From an uncultured Bacteroides sp. (GTDB lineage Bacteria; Bacillota; Clostridia; Christensenellales; CAG-917), in contig CAZXUW010000001.1 in assembly GCA_964644355.1 (NCBI GenBank), positions 4,461-68,460 of the forward strand: a stretch of 64,000 nt of DNA, read 5' to 3'. Positions within the stretch are counted from its first letter, which is position 1. Each line of letters opens with the position of its first letter. The notes below the pieces were generated by a model, which saw only the letters and a list, made by a program, of their open reading frames with translations, was not told the DNA's origin and did not search any database. Of the stretch, positions 34,240 through 42,747 are shown piece by piece. A program made the translations under genes and the position numbers.

Positions 34240-34247
34240 TTTTGTTA

Positions 34248-34276
34248 TTGTTTTATTAAATGTAGTATGTTATAAT
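34248..34276 (+). promoter_or_regulatory. Sigma-A-type promoter (extended -10) of the MacB-type ABC operon
   Basis: TTGTTT (34248-53), 17 nt, TGtTATAAT (34268-76). Confidence 0.5.
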
Positions 34277-34312
34277 ACATAGTGTATTGTGCACATCGCA
34301 CAAGGAGGAAGT

Positions 34313-34990
34313 ATGTCGCAAGTTGTTTTGAAGGCATGTAATATCAAAAAGACTTTCAGCGTCGGTGAGGTGCAAACGCCGGTGCTTAAGAGCGTTGATT
34401 TCTCTCTTGACGAGGGCGAGTTTGTTGCCATTGTCGGTGAGTCGGGAAGCGGAAAATCAACCCTTCTTTATATCCTTGCCGGCATCGACAAGCCGAGCGA
34501 AGGAGAGGTTGAATTGCTTGGACAAAGCATCTCAACCATAAGCGATGACGCTCTTGCCCAAATGAGGCGTAGAGATTTTTCATTTGTGTATCAGTTTGAC
34601 AATCTCGTGCCCAATTTGACGGTGTATGAAAACGTCACACTTCCTCTTATGCTTGACAAGAAAAAAGAGAGCGAATACAAAAATCACGTTGAGGAAATTT
34701 TGCAATATCTCGGCATTTTGGACAAGTCAAAGTCTTATCCAAGACAGCTTTCGGGAGGTGAGCAACAGCGTGTTGCGATTGCAAGGGCACTTGCCACCAA
34801 TCCCAAAGTCATATTCTTGGACGAGCCTACCGGTTCGCTTGACAAGGAGCGTGGCAGACAGGTTATGGAACTGCTCAAAGACATCAATCAAAATAGGGGA
34901 GTTGCACTTGTTATGGTCACACACTCTCCGCAACACGCAAGCTATGCATCACGCATTGTCGAAATGGAGGACGGAGTCTTAAAGAATTAA
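34313..34990 (+). CDS. ABC transporter ATP-binding protein (MacB/LolD-like)
   Basis: ATG 34313 follows AAGGAGG. Walker A GESGSGKST, signature LSGGEQQRVAIARAL, Walker B IFLDEPTGSLD. Confidence 0.9.
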   Translation: MSQVVLKACNIKKTFSVGEVQTPVLKSVDFSLDEGEFVAIVGESGSGKSTLLYILAGIDKPSEGEVELLGQSISTISDDALAQMRRRDFSFVYQFDNLVPNLTVYENVTLPLMLDKKKESEYKNHVEEILQYLGILDKSKSYPRQLSGGEQQRVAIARALATNPKVIFLDEPTGSLDKERGRQVMELLKDINQNRGVALVMVTHSPQHASYASRIVEMEDGVLKN

Positions 34991-35340
34991 TAATTATTAA
35001 CGGAATGTGCATATTCAAGGCGTGGAGTCGCAAGGCAACGACCGTAGCGAACGCCAAGCTTGACGATAAGTACGAGCGACTGTGTCGTCCATTGGCCACT
35101 GCTTGGCACACAAAGCGAAGTGGCACAGCTTTCAGCTGTTTATATTGCAGAACGCACGTTCACCGCTCGCTGTTCGTTCTAGCAACGAGCTAGCAATCGC
35201 TACCACAGGTCGATTGCGTCGGTGTATCCCCATGCAAAGCACTTGCCGCGGGTTCCCTTTTAAGGGGGAACGGCAATAGGGGAAACACCTGAGGAAGGGC
35301 GATTTAGAGAATTAAGCGTGAAACATTAAAAAATATGGAT
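34991..35340 (+). other. GC-rich, hairpin-dense non-coding insert between the ATPase and permease genes (candidate structured RNA or repeat element)
   Basis: No credible ORF is present. Nested stems visible by eye:
- GGCGT 35019-23 / ACGCC 35051-55
- GACGA 35062-66 / TCGTC 35085-89
- GCCACT 35095-100 / AGTGGC 35119-24
- ACAGCT-TTC-AGCTGT 35125-39
- AGAACG 35149-54 / CGTTCT 35175-80
- CTAGC-AACGA-GCTAG 35179-93
- GCAATCG 35193-99 / CGATTGC 35211-17
- GGTGTATCCCC 35221-31 / GGGGAAACACC 35279-89 (one mismatch). Confidence 0.5.
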
Positions 35341-35366
35341 ACGCTTGGAATAGAATATTAAATATT

Positions 35367-37784
35367 ATGTTGAAGTTGGCTTTTAGAAACATCACATCGA
35401 GACCTTGGAGGTTTGTGGCTACGATACTTGCTATCGCAGTGGTTGTTGCCATGTCTTTTTCGATGTTGTCGTTTAGATCTGCCGTGTACGACTATATTTA
35501 TGCAACGGAGATAGCGTTGTCGGGCAGAAGTGACATCACAATTTCAACAAACAGTTCAAGCAACAGCATCACAGAGATTTCATCCTCACTCAAGGCACTT
35601 GACGGAGTTGATGAATTTGTGCCGGTGCTCAAACTATATGCACTTCTTGGTGACGAATACGTCTCTTTGCGAGGCTTTGATCCGAGTCAATATCAATCTT
35701 TGCAAGACATCGAGCTTGAGAGCGGATATGTGGGCACAAACGGCAGTGACGTGATAATTTCCAAGTCGGCATCAGAGCATTTCAACATTGAGTGCGGTGA
35801 CGGAATAACACTGAAAATCGGTACGAGAAGCATCACTTGCTATGTTTCGGGCATTGCAAAAAACAGCGGATATTTCCTTTCGGATGCTCCGTTTCAAGTG
35901 ATTGGCGGAATAGAACAGTTCACCAAATTGGTGCTTGGCGTCAGCGGAAAGCTGTGCAATGAGATATACTTGGTTCTTAAAGACGGTGTAAGCGTTGAGG
36001 ATACAATCGCAACGATTTCGGGCATGGAACAATATCGAAACATGTACGTGACGTATTCCAAAAACGATGCGTACGTGGATGAGAGAACGGAGAGTTTGAC
36101 GGCTCCTGTCGTGCTTGCGGGCATTGCGGTGCTCCTTTTGGGCATTGCGATAATCGTGCTTTTGTATAGCATGAGCGAGGGAGAAAAGCGTGCACTTATT
36201 TCAAGATTGTCCGTTGTCGGTGCAACCAAAAGTCAAATTTTTGGCATATTCTTGATAGAAAGCGTTTTGCAAGCCGGGATAGGTGCAATATGCGGATCAG
36301 TGTTTGCAATAGGCGTATTTGTTGGGTTGCTGAAAATCACACTCTCTACTACGGTGACTTTTTCCGTGTCGATTTGGTATTTGTTGGCAGGCGGAATTAT
36401 TGGATTTGTCAGTGCGATTGCAAGCTCTCTTTTGCCAATCAACAAGGCGTTTAGAGTGAGCATAAGAGAGAACCAGCTGGACATCCAAAAGCAAACCGGC
36501 AAGAGATGGATTTTGCCAATCTGCGTGATATTGCTCACGGCGGTAGTGCTGATTGTGGGGGCGTTTGTCGATGAAATCACGGGCATATTCAGCCTCATTG
36601 GCATGTTGCTTGCACTGCTTGGATTGGGATTGTCAAGCACTCCGGCGCTAAAGAGTGTTGCAACACAAAGTGCCAAAACAAGCGAGCCCAGCGTCAAGAG
36701 TGCAAGCTTGAGCATGGTCAGGGAAAAGCGTTTTGCTCGCTCGTCTATATTGCTCACAACGGGTATGTCGATTGCCATGATGTTGTTTATGGCGTGGTCG
36801 CTCACCACAACGATATTCACCTCTTACGTGATGGAATTTGAACATATGATACTCGTCACCAACATTCGTGCAGACGTCAATGAGGACAGATTCAAGGATG
36901 TCGAGGGCGTTGACAATGCCACAAAAATGGTTTGGACAACGGCGGAAATGCAAATTGGCGATGAACAAGTCACGATGAATATTTTTGGTTCAAAAACGAT
37001 TGCGGAGATGATTGATTTTGAGTATATAACGCCAAAAGAAAGGGTTGATGAGCTTCTTTTGAGTGATAAACCATATGTTTTTGTCGATATTTCTCAATTC
37101 AAGCTGTATGGTGTCAAGGAGGGTGATACACTCACGATGACGCTTGGCAATGAAACACAACAAGTGATTGTGGGCGGAATTTTGAAGCATGAATTGTTCA
37201 GTGGAAAATATGTGGTCGTCTCACAAGAGGTGCTCAAAAAATATTTTAATGCGGATGCGGACACGGTGCTTGCCGTTGTAAATGACAACTATCAAGTGGA
37301 TGACGTTGTCGGCATTATGCGTGAAGAATTTGCAAGCAACAACTTCTACGTCGTTTCCGCTCTCGAGTTCTTTAGATGGGATATGGAAAGCATGATGGCG
37401 GTGTTTGACCTCATTGGTGCACTGTCAATCATCGTCGGATTATTTATATGTGCGGTGAGCATAACAGGCTCGATTATCGGCAGAGGAACGGCACAAAAGG
37501 GCAGAGTTGCTTTGCTAAATGCAGGTATGTCAAAGAGACAAATGCTCAAGGCGGAAATGTTTGAGTACGGCTTGATTGCATTGATTGCATTTGTTCTTGC
37601 ACTTGCGTGTTCGCTTGTGATAACGTATGCACTTATAAACGCACTCAGGCTGTTCGGCTTATACTTTGAGTTTATCTACGAGGCGTGGGTGACGATTACG
37701 GCAGGATTGGCAATAGCAACTTGCTATACGCTCACTCCGCTTGTGTTCAATTTCAAAAAAGGATATAATCTAAAAAGGGTATAA
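35367..37784 (+). CDS. ABC transporter permease, duplicated FtsX/MacB-type
   Basis: 805 aa. MLKLAFRNITSRPWRF is a typical FtsX-family N-terminus. There are two 4-TM FtsX-like blocks separated by large extracytoplasmic regions. No SD is present. Confidence 0.85.
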   Translation: MLKLAFRNITSRPWRFVATILAIAVVVAMSFSMLSFRSAVYDYIYATEIALSGRSDITISTNSSSNSITEISSSLKALDGVDEFVPVLKLYALLGDEYVSLRGFDPSQYQSLQDIELESGYVGTNGSDVIISKSASEHFNIECGDGITLKIGTRSITCYVSGIAKNSGYFLSDAPFQVIGGIEQFTKLVLGVSGKLCNEIYLVLKDGVSVEDTIATISGMEQYRNMYVTYSKNDAYVDERTESLTAPVVLAGIAVLLLGIAIIVLLYSMSEGEKRALISRLSVVGATKSQIFGIFLIESVLQAGIGAICGSVFAIGVFVGLLKITLSTTVTFSVSIWYLLAGGIIGFVSAIASSLLPINKAFRVSIRENQLDIQKQTGKRWILPICVILLTAVVLIVGAFVDEITGIFSLIGMLLALLGLGLSSTPALKSVATQSAKTSEPSVKSASLSMVREKRFARSSILLTTGMSIAMMLFMAWSLTTTIFTSYVMEFEHMILVTNIRADVNEDRFKDVEGVDNATKMVWTTAEMQIGDEQVTMNIFGSKTIAEMIDFEYITPKERVDELLLSDKPYVFVDISQFKLYGVKEGDTLTMTLGNETQQVIVGGILKHELFSGKYVVVSQEVLKKYFNADADTVLAVVNDNYQVDDVVGIMREEFASNNFYVVSALEFFRWDMESMMAVFDLIGALSIIVGLFICAVSITGSIIGRGTAQKGRVALLNAGMSKRQMLKAEMFEYGLIALIAFVLALACSLVITYALINALRLFGLYFEFIYEAWVTITAGLAIATCYTLTPLVFNFKKGYNLKRV

Positions 37785-37786
37785 AC

Positions 37787-39562
37787 ATGAAGAAAACCGC
37801 CAGAATCCTAGCAATATTTTTGATGATAACTCTGCTGTGCGGAGTGTTTTGTGCGTGCCACAAAACAAAAGACGATCCTGCCATAAAACGCACTACGGCT
37901 ATTGACAATGTTGCAAACACGTTTTTGAGCGGTGTTGACGACACTTGGACAAAGGATATGAGCATTGACAAGATCGCAAGCTTGGACAATGCGGGCGAAT
38001 ACATTGTTGCAAATGGTTGGCTAGATCTTGTTTGCAACGTGCTAAACAAGTCCAATATGCAGACTGCAAAGCTCAATCTGCTTGCGGATACGCTTGCAAG
38101 CGAGGATGGCAAGAAACTTGTTGGCGAGTTCTCAAGCAATGCAGAGCTTCTCATTCCACTTCTCAAAGACGTAGGTTTTTCATCTGAAGATATTTCGTCT
38201 TTGGCATATCTGCTTGTTGTTGAGATAACGTCCAACGGTGAGAGCACCATCCGCTCTATGATTGACACGCTTGACGACGTAAAGGACGCTTTGACCTCAT
38301 CGCAAAGCTCGTCGATTTCAAAAATAGACAACCTCAATGAAAACAGAGCCTCTGCAGAGCGCACGTTGGAAGTCATCAAGATGAGCGGAGAGGAAAGAGA
38401 TGAAATTTTGAGTGCGTTGGCAAAGGCAGAGAGTGCCTTCAATGAGCTTGTCGAATTTGCATACGACACATCTGTCGGCTCTATCACGGACGAGCTGTAT
38501 GACAGCTTGGTGAGTGACGAGGGCATACTCGGCAGTGTCAATGAGGAAGAAATTGCAATCGTCGTGCGTGCAATGCTTGCAAACGTGCAAGACCTTGCAG
38601 ATGCTCTTTCCAAAGATGATATTGCCAATCTAAACTCTGCTTTGGACTTGTTTATAAAACATTTTGACAACAATCAAATCACATCCTCTCTTTACGCACA
38701 GATCGTGGTGTATGCAAAGTACGCCTACATGGTGGTTGACGTCATTCCGTCCATATGCGACGTGGTTCTTGCAGGCTCTGACGTGTTGGCAAACAAGGAC
38801 TTTATCGAGGATATTTTGAAGGTCGCAAAACAAGCCGAGAACGGACAAATCAATTCGCAAACCAACTCCATCAACACGCTCATTCTCATTGCAAGAATGG
38901 TTGAGGGCATCATGAGAAGCGATAGTTTTAGATACGTGGATATCATGACGTTTGTTGACCAAATCAACGTGTCCGGAAAGGATGCATATCAAAAGGCAAT
39001 GCCGCTTATTGCCCTTGATTTGATGCTCAATATCACTACGTTCGTGGAAAACCCCGATGGCGATTCGCTCAATGCGGTGCATCCTAATATCGTGGAAAAG
39101 GACGATTTGACCACTATGGTGGGTGCGTTGCTGTTGAGTGCGTGTTTGGATCAGTTCAAAGAGGCATATTACACTTATACCGCAACGGGTGATGCGGACA
39201 GCTACACCAAGATGTTCAATATGGCAACGTGGTGTGCGTTTGAATATTTTGCAGACGAGTCAAATCCATACAATCCTAGCACGCAAACAAAGTCCTGGTA
39301 CAATTGGTGCATCAACACAGCCTTGCCAAAGGCAAACAGCAAAATTTCAAGTTGTGTGAGTGTTGTGCGAGATGATTTCAAAGCGTTTGTAAACGACTAT
39401 TTTGCAGACGATTCAAGCGTGAAGTCGGCAATTCATACACTTGCAAATATGAGCATAATCGAGGAGAATTTGTCAGAGAGCGAAGTGTCCGACAACTATA
39501 TGGCACTTCTTTGCGACAGTCGATTGCTCGGTTTTGCGTACGTTTTTCAGATGATTGCTTGA
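37787..39562 (+). CDS. Helical lipoprotein of unknown function, co-operonic with the ABC transporter
   Basis: MKKTARILAIFLMITLLCGVFCAC (lipobox). It is 591 aa, D/E/S-rich, with no motif I recognise. The start lies 3 nt after the permease stop. Confidence 0.75.
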   Translation: MKKTARILAIFLMITLLCGVFCACHKTKDDPAIKRTTAIDNVANTFLSGVDDTWTKDMSIDKIASLDNAGEYIVANGWLDLVCNVLNKSNMQTAKLNLLADTLASEDGKKLVGEFSSNAELLIPLLKDVGFSSEDISSLAYLLVVEITSNGESTIRSMIDTLDDVKDALTSSQSSSISKIDNLNENRASAERTLEVIKMSGEERDEILSALAKAESAFNELVEFAYDTSVGSITDELYDSLVSDEGILGSVNEEEIAIVVRAMLANVQDLADALSKDDIANLNSALDLFIKHFDNNQITSSLYAQIVVYAKYAYMVVDVIPSICDVVLAGSDVLANKDFIEDILKVAKQAENGQINSQTNSINTLILIARMVEGIMRSDSFRYVDIMTFVDQINVSGKDAYQKAMPLIALDLMLNITTFVENPDGDSLNAVHPNIVEKDDLTTMVGALLLSACLDQFKEAYYTYTATGDADSYTKMFNMATWCAFEYFADESNPYNPSTQTKSWYNWCINTALPKANSKISSCVSVVRDDFKAFVNDYFADDSSVKSAIHTLANMSIIEENLSESEVSDNYMALLCDSRLLGFAYVFQMIA

Positions 39563-39587
39563 CTGAAAAATGTAAATAATATATATT
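39559..39587 (+). promoter_or_regulatory. Sigma-A-type promoter of the TM1266-like/ABC operon
   Basis: TTGACT (39559-64), 17 nt, TATATT (39582-87). Confidence 0.55.
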
Positions 39588-39722
39588 ATTATCATCTTAA
39601 TAAACCTATCCCAAACAATGAATTGGCGCTCAACGGAGTGGAGGCTTTTCCCAAAACGATGGCTACGTGTGTCAAACAAATCGGAGTGTAAGAGGGGGAG
39701 TCAAGGCATAAGTTTGCTTTTC

Positions 39723-39754
39723 AACCACCGCTTTTGCACGGTGGTTTTTGTTTT
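39723..39754 (+). terminator. Intrinsic terminator inside the 5' leader (attenuator)
   Basis: AACCACCG (39723-30), loop CTTTTGCA, CGGTGGTT (39739-46), then TTTGTTTT. It lies 18 nt upstream of the ATG and ~130 nt downstream of the predicted TSS. Confidence 0.7.
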
Positions 39755-39771
39755 GAATAGAAGGAGTGATT

Positions 39772-40020
39772 ATGAAAAAAATAGGTGTTGTGGGCATAGT
39801 GCTCAAACCAAACAAGGGCTTGGCTCTTGAAATGCAAAAGGTGCTTGGCGAGTTTTCCGATATCATCATCGGTAGAATGGGCATTCCAAGAGAGGATGCC
39901 AACGCTATCGCACTCATCGTTGAGGGAACGCAAGAGAGAATAAGTGCCTTGTGTGGCAAGCTCGGCAGATTTGACGGACTCAACGTAAAATCTGTAGTGT
40001 GCCAAACTATCAATGATTAA
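39772..40020 (+). CDS. TM1266-family small ACT/NikR-C-like protein ('iron-only hydrogenase system regulator' family)
   Basis: 82 aa from ATG 39772 (AAGGAG lies 5 nt upstream). KKIGVVGIVL..SDIIIGRMGIP..ANAIALIVEGTQERISALCGKLGRFDGLNVKS matches my recollection of the TIGR03959-type pattern (..IIGRMGIP.....ISI.V.....I.ALTGKLG...GV.VK). Confidence 0.65.
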   Translation: MKKIGVVGIVLKPNKGLALEMQKVLGEFSDIIIGRMGIPREDANAIALIVEGTQERISALCGKLGRFDGLNVKSVVCQTIND

Positions 40021-40063
40021 CGATAAAATTACCTTACAAACTATAGAATTTCAAGAGGTATAT

Positions 40064-41080
40064 ATGAAAAAATCAATTTTAGTTTTTGTGACGATTCTTG
40101 TTGCAATCATCGCATGCGTATCATTTGTTGCATGCGATGGTGATACAAACAATGCCGACCGTTATCGTGACGGTGTTGAAAGCTTGACTTTTACGGCACC
40201 CGAGGGGACGCCGGCTCTTGCAATGCTCCGCCTTGTTGAGGACAACAAGATTATTGACGGAACAAGTGTGAATTATCAAGTGGTGAAACCTGCAAATATC
40301 GCAGTGGAAATGTCGTCAAAAAAGAGTGATATTGTGATTATGCCTGTCAATGCGGGGGCAAATCTCATTCGCCAAGGTGCAGATTATAAACTTGTGAGCA
40401 TAGCCGTTGACGGAAGTCTCTATATGGTTGGCAAAACCGCAAACGGTGGTGTGATAACCATGGACGACGTCAAGGGTAAGAAGATCGCTTGCATTGGTCA
40501 AACAGGCATTCCGGGGCTTGTGTTTAGATACGTTATGAAGGCAAACAACATTGAAATCGTGGACGAAAGCACCACTCCGGGTGAAAATCAGGTGAGCGTG
40601 CAATACGTTGCAGACGGCTCTGCCGGTGCAGTGCTGTTGGGTGACGGACGAGTGGACTTTATGGTTGTGGGCGAACCTGCTGCAACCGCTCAAACAAATA
40701 GACTCGGGCTCAATGCAGAGATGAATATGCAAACAGAATACGCCAAGGTCAGCGGAGAGAACAACTATCCGCAAGCCGGCTTGTTTGTGAGATGCGGACT
40801 TTGTGAGGATAATAGCTTTATGGGTGCTCTTTTTGAGGCACTATCCGCAAGCAAAGTTTGGGTTGGTGCAAACGCATCGAGCGTGAGTGAATTTGCAAGT
40901 GCACACCTATATGACGGTGCCGTTTTCCCTCCAAAAGCAGTGGGGAGATGTGCTGTCAATGCAACAAAGCTCGACGATGAGCAGAAAGGACAAGTTATTA
41001 CATTCCTTGAAAAAGTTATGCCAAAAGACTCTCAAGGAAATGCTATTGATTGGCAAAGTGCAAAAGCTTTGATTTTCTAA
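40064..41080 (+). CDS. ABC substrate-binding lipoprotein, NMT1/THI5-like (NitT/TauT family)
   Basis: MKKSILVFVTILVAIIACVSFVAC lipobox. The periplasmic-binding-protein-like layout is followed by a cognate permease and ATPase. Confidence 0.7.
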   Translation: MKKSILVFVTILVAIIACVSFVACDGDTNNADRYRDGVESLTFTAPEGTPALAMLRLVEDNKIIDGTSVNYQVVKPANIAVEMSSKKSDIVIMPVNAGANLIRQGADYKLVSIAVDGSLYMVGKTANGGVITMDDVKGKKIACIGQTGIPGLVFRYVMKANNIEIVDESTTPGENQVSVQYVADGSAGAVLLGDGRVDFMVVGEPAATAQTNRLGLNAEMNMQTEYAKVSGENNYPQAGLFVRCGLCEDNSFMGALFEALSASKVWVGANASSVSEFASAHLYDGAVFPPKAVGRCAVNATKLDDEQKGQVITFLEKVMPKDSQGNAIDWQSAKALIF

Positions 41081-41083
41081 GAT

Positions 41084-41878
41084 ATGAAAAAGGACGTGGC
41101 AAAAAAGAATAATTTGGACAAAAAGACGGCATGGCGGATTGCAAGCAATTTTGTATATCCGCTCATATCCCTTGCTCTTGTTCTTGCAATATGGGCGATT
41201 GTGGCAACGGTTAAGGACAATCCGCTCGTTTTGCCTATGCCGAGCGTTGTGATTGTACGCTTTTTTACGCTATGCACAGAGCAAGGATTTTGGATAAGCG
41301 TGGGCATGAGCCTTGCTCGCACATTCATTTGTTTTGCCATCGCGTTTGCATCCGCACTGCTGTTTGCCTCAATAGGCGGACTGTTGAACCCCGTGCATAG
41401 AGTGTTGTCTCCAATCGTCGCATTTTTGCGTTCGGCGCCCACGGTGGCGGTCATTCTCATCCTTTACGCATTCACGTCAAGTGAGATTATGGCGGTTGCG
41501 GTTGGCTTTTTGATTGCTTTTCCGATATTGTATTCGGCTTTTTATACAGCAATTGTCGGAGTTGACAAGGATCTCATCGAGATGGCAAAGGTGTACAAAA
41601 TTTCGCCCATCAATAGGGTGACGGGTATCTATTTGCCATCTATTGCAGAGTGTTTGTTTGACACAAGCAAATCCACGATTTCGCTCACGTTGAAAGTGGT
41701 TGTGGCGGCGGAGATTTTGACAGGTATAACAAAGAGTATAGGCGGAAAAATTGCCGTTGCAAACGCAAGTTTTGAGATTGCTTATTTGCTCAGTTGGACG
41801 CTTGTTGCAATCGTGTTTAGCTTTGTGTTGGAGGGCGTTGTGACACTCCTCAAAAAGCTTTGGGAGGAGTTGAAATGA
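41084..41878 (+). CDS. ABC transporter permease (NitT/TauT-type, BPD_transp_1)
   Basis: 264 aa with 6 hydrophobic spans. An EAA-like loop region (..DKDLIEMAKVYKISPINRVTGIYLPS..) is present. Confidence 0.8.
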   Translation: MKKDVAKKNNLDKKTAWRIASNFVYPLISLALVLAIWAIVATVKDNPLVLPMPSVVIVRFFTLCTEQGFWISVGMSLARTFICFAIAFASALLFASIGGLLNPVHRVLSPIVAFLRSAPTVAVILILYAFTSSEIMAVAVGFLIAFPILYSAFYTAIVGVDKDLIEMAKVYKISPINRVTGIYLPSIAECLFDTSKSTISLTLKVVVAAEILTGITKSIGGKIAVANASFEIAYLLSWTLVAIVFSFVLEGVVTLLKKLWEELK

Positions 41879-42507
41879 AAGACGTTATCCTTACAAATTT
41901 CAGTTGCAGTTATGGTGACAAGAGAATTTTCGATGACTTAAATTTACGTTTTGACGGGGGTAAAATCAACGTCATTTTGGGCGGTAGCGGTGTTGGAAAA
42001 ACCACTCTCCTCAATGCTATCGCAGGGCTGAAAAGCTATAGCGGAAGCATAGAGGGAAATGATGAGGGAATCGGCTATATTTTTCAAAAAGACAGGTTAA
42101 TCCCTACAATTTCGGTGTATAAAAACCTTGATTTGATATTAAAACGCGTTTACAAGGACAGAAAAGAACGCAAGCAACGCATACTCGATATGGCTGTTTC
42201 GCTTGAGATTGAGGACGTCTTGAAAAGCTTGCCGACTCAAATCAGCGGAGGGCAGGCACAGCGTGTGAGTATGGCTCGTGCATTTTTGTATCCGTGCGAC
42301 TTGCTCCTTTTGGACGAGCCGTTCAAGGCTTTGGACAACGCACTCAAAGAGAGACTCATCAAGAAGTTTGTGGAGCTTTGCAAAGTGAGCGGAAAGACCG
42401 TTCTTTTTGTCACTCATTCGCTTGACGAATGCAATCTTACCAACGGCAAACGTTTTTGTTTTGAGAAGGACGAGGAGGGTATAGCTCGCCTTGCTCTCGT
42501 TGAGTAA
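41875..42507 (+). CDS. ABC transporter ATP-binding protein
   Basis: ATG 41875 overlaps the permease stop (ATGA), with GGAGG upstream. Walker A GGSGVGKTT, signature ISGGQAQRVSMARAF, Walker B LLLDEPF. Confidence 0.9.
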   Translation: MKDVILTNFSCSYGDKRIFDDLNLRFDGGKINVILGGSGVGKTTLLNAIAGLKSYSGSIEGNDEGIGYIFQKDRLIPTISVYKNLDLILKRVYKDRKERKQRILDMAVSLEIEDVLKSLPTQISGGQAQRVSMARAFLYPCDLLLLDEPFKALDNALKERLIKKFVELCKVSGKTVLFVTHSLDECNLTNGKRFCFEKDEEGIARLALVE

Positions 42508-42677
42508 ATTCACATTGCGCAATGAGTGTGCAAAGGTGCAAAAATTGAGAAAATAGTGCTTGAAAAAGTTGCAAAAATATGGGCTTTTTCGGGCATTTTT
42601 TTGATGTTTTTTGCTTTGTTTTTGATGATAATTTTGATAAAATATATTTAATATTTATATACAAAGCTAAAAAACGC

Positions 42678-42706
42678 TTGCGTGTGCATTTGAATATGTG
42701 TATAAT
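42678..42706 (+). promoter_or_regulatory. Sigma-A-type promoter of the 788-aa lipoprotein gene
   Basis: TTGCGT (42678-83), 17 nt, TATAAT (42701-06), with TGTG upstream. Confidence 0.55.
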
Positions 42707-42747
42707 AGGTGTACTATTTGTAAAATGCTCATAATATGGAGTTTGAT

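Noticed and set aside
35005-35279. Small ORFs (62, 65 and 69 aa) lie inside the ABC-operon insert, and ~25-aa ORFs lie around the 45246/45359 repeats.
   Set aside because: They have no SD, and their composition is Cys/Arg/His-rich. The peptide similarity between repeat copies shifts frame with indels, so the conservation is at DNA/RNA level, not protein level.
37753-38673. A 306-aa Ser-rich ORF lies antisense to the 591-aa lipoprotein gene.
   Set aside because: The plus-strand product has a lipobox signal peptide and continues for 591 aa with normal composition. The antisense product is low-complexity (S/L/A) with no start context.
39594-39771. I tested whether the leader of the TM1266-like/ABC operon is a TPP riboswitch or a T-box.
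   Set aside because: There is no CUGAGA / ACCUGAUCUGG.UAAU.CC.GCG TPP core. There is no specifier, AGAGA or GGUGGUACCGCG T-box element, and the leader is too short for a T-box. It is kept as an unclassified leader in the findings.
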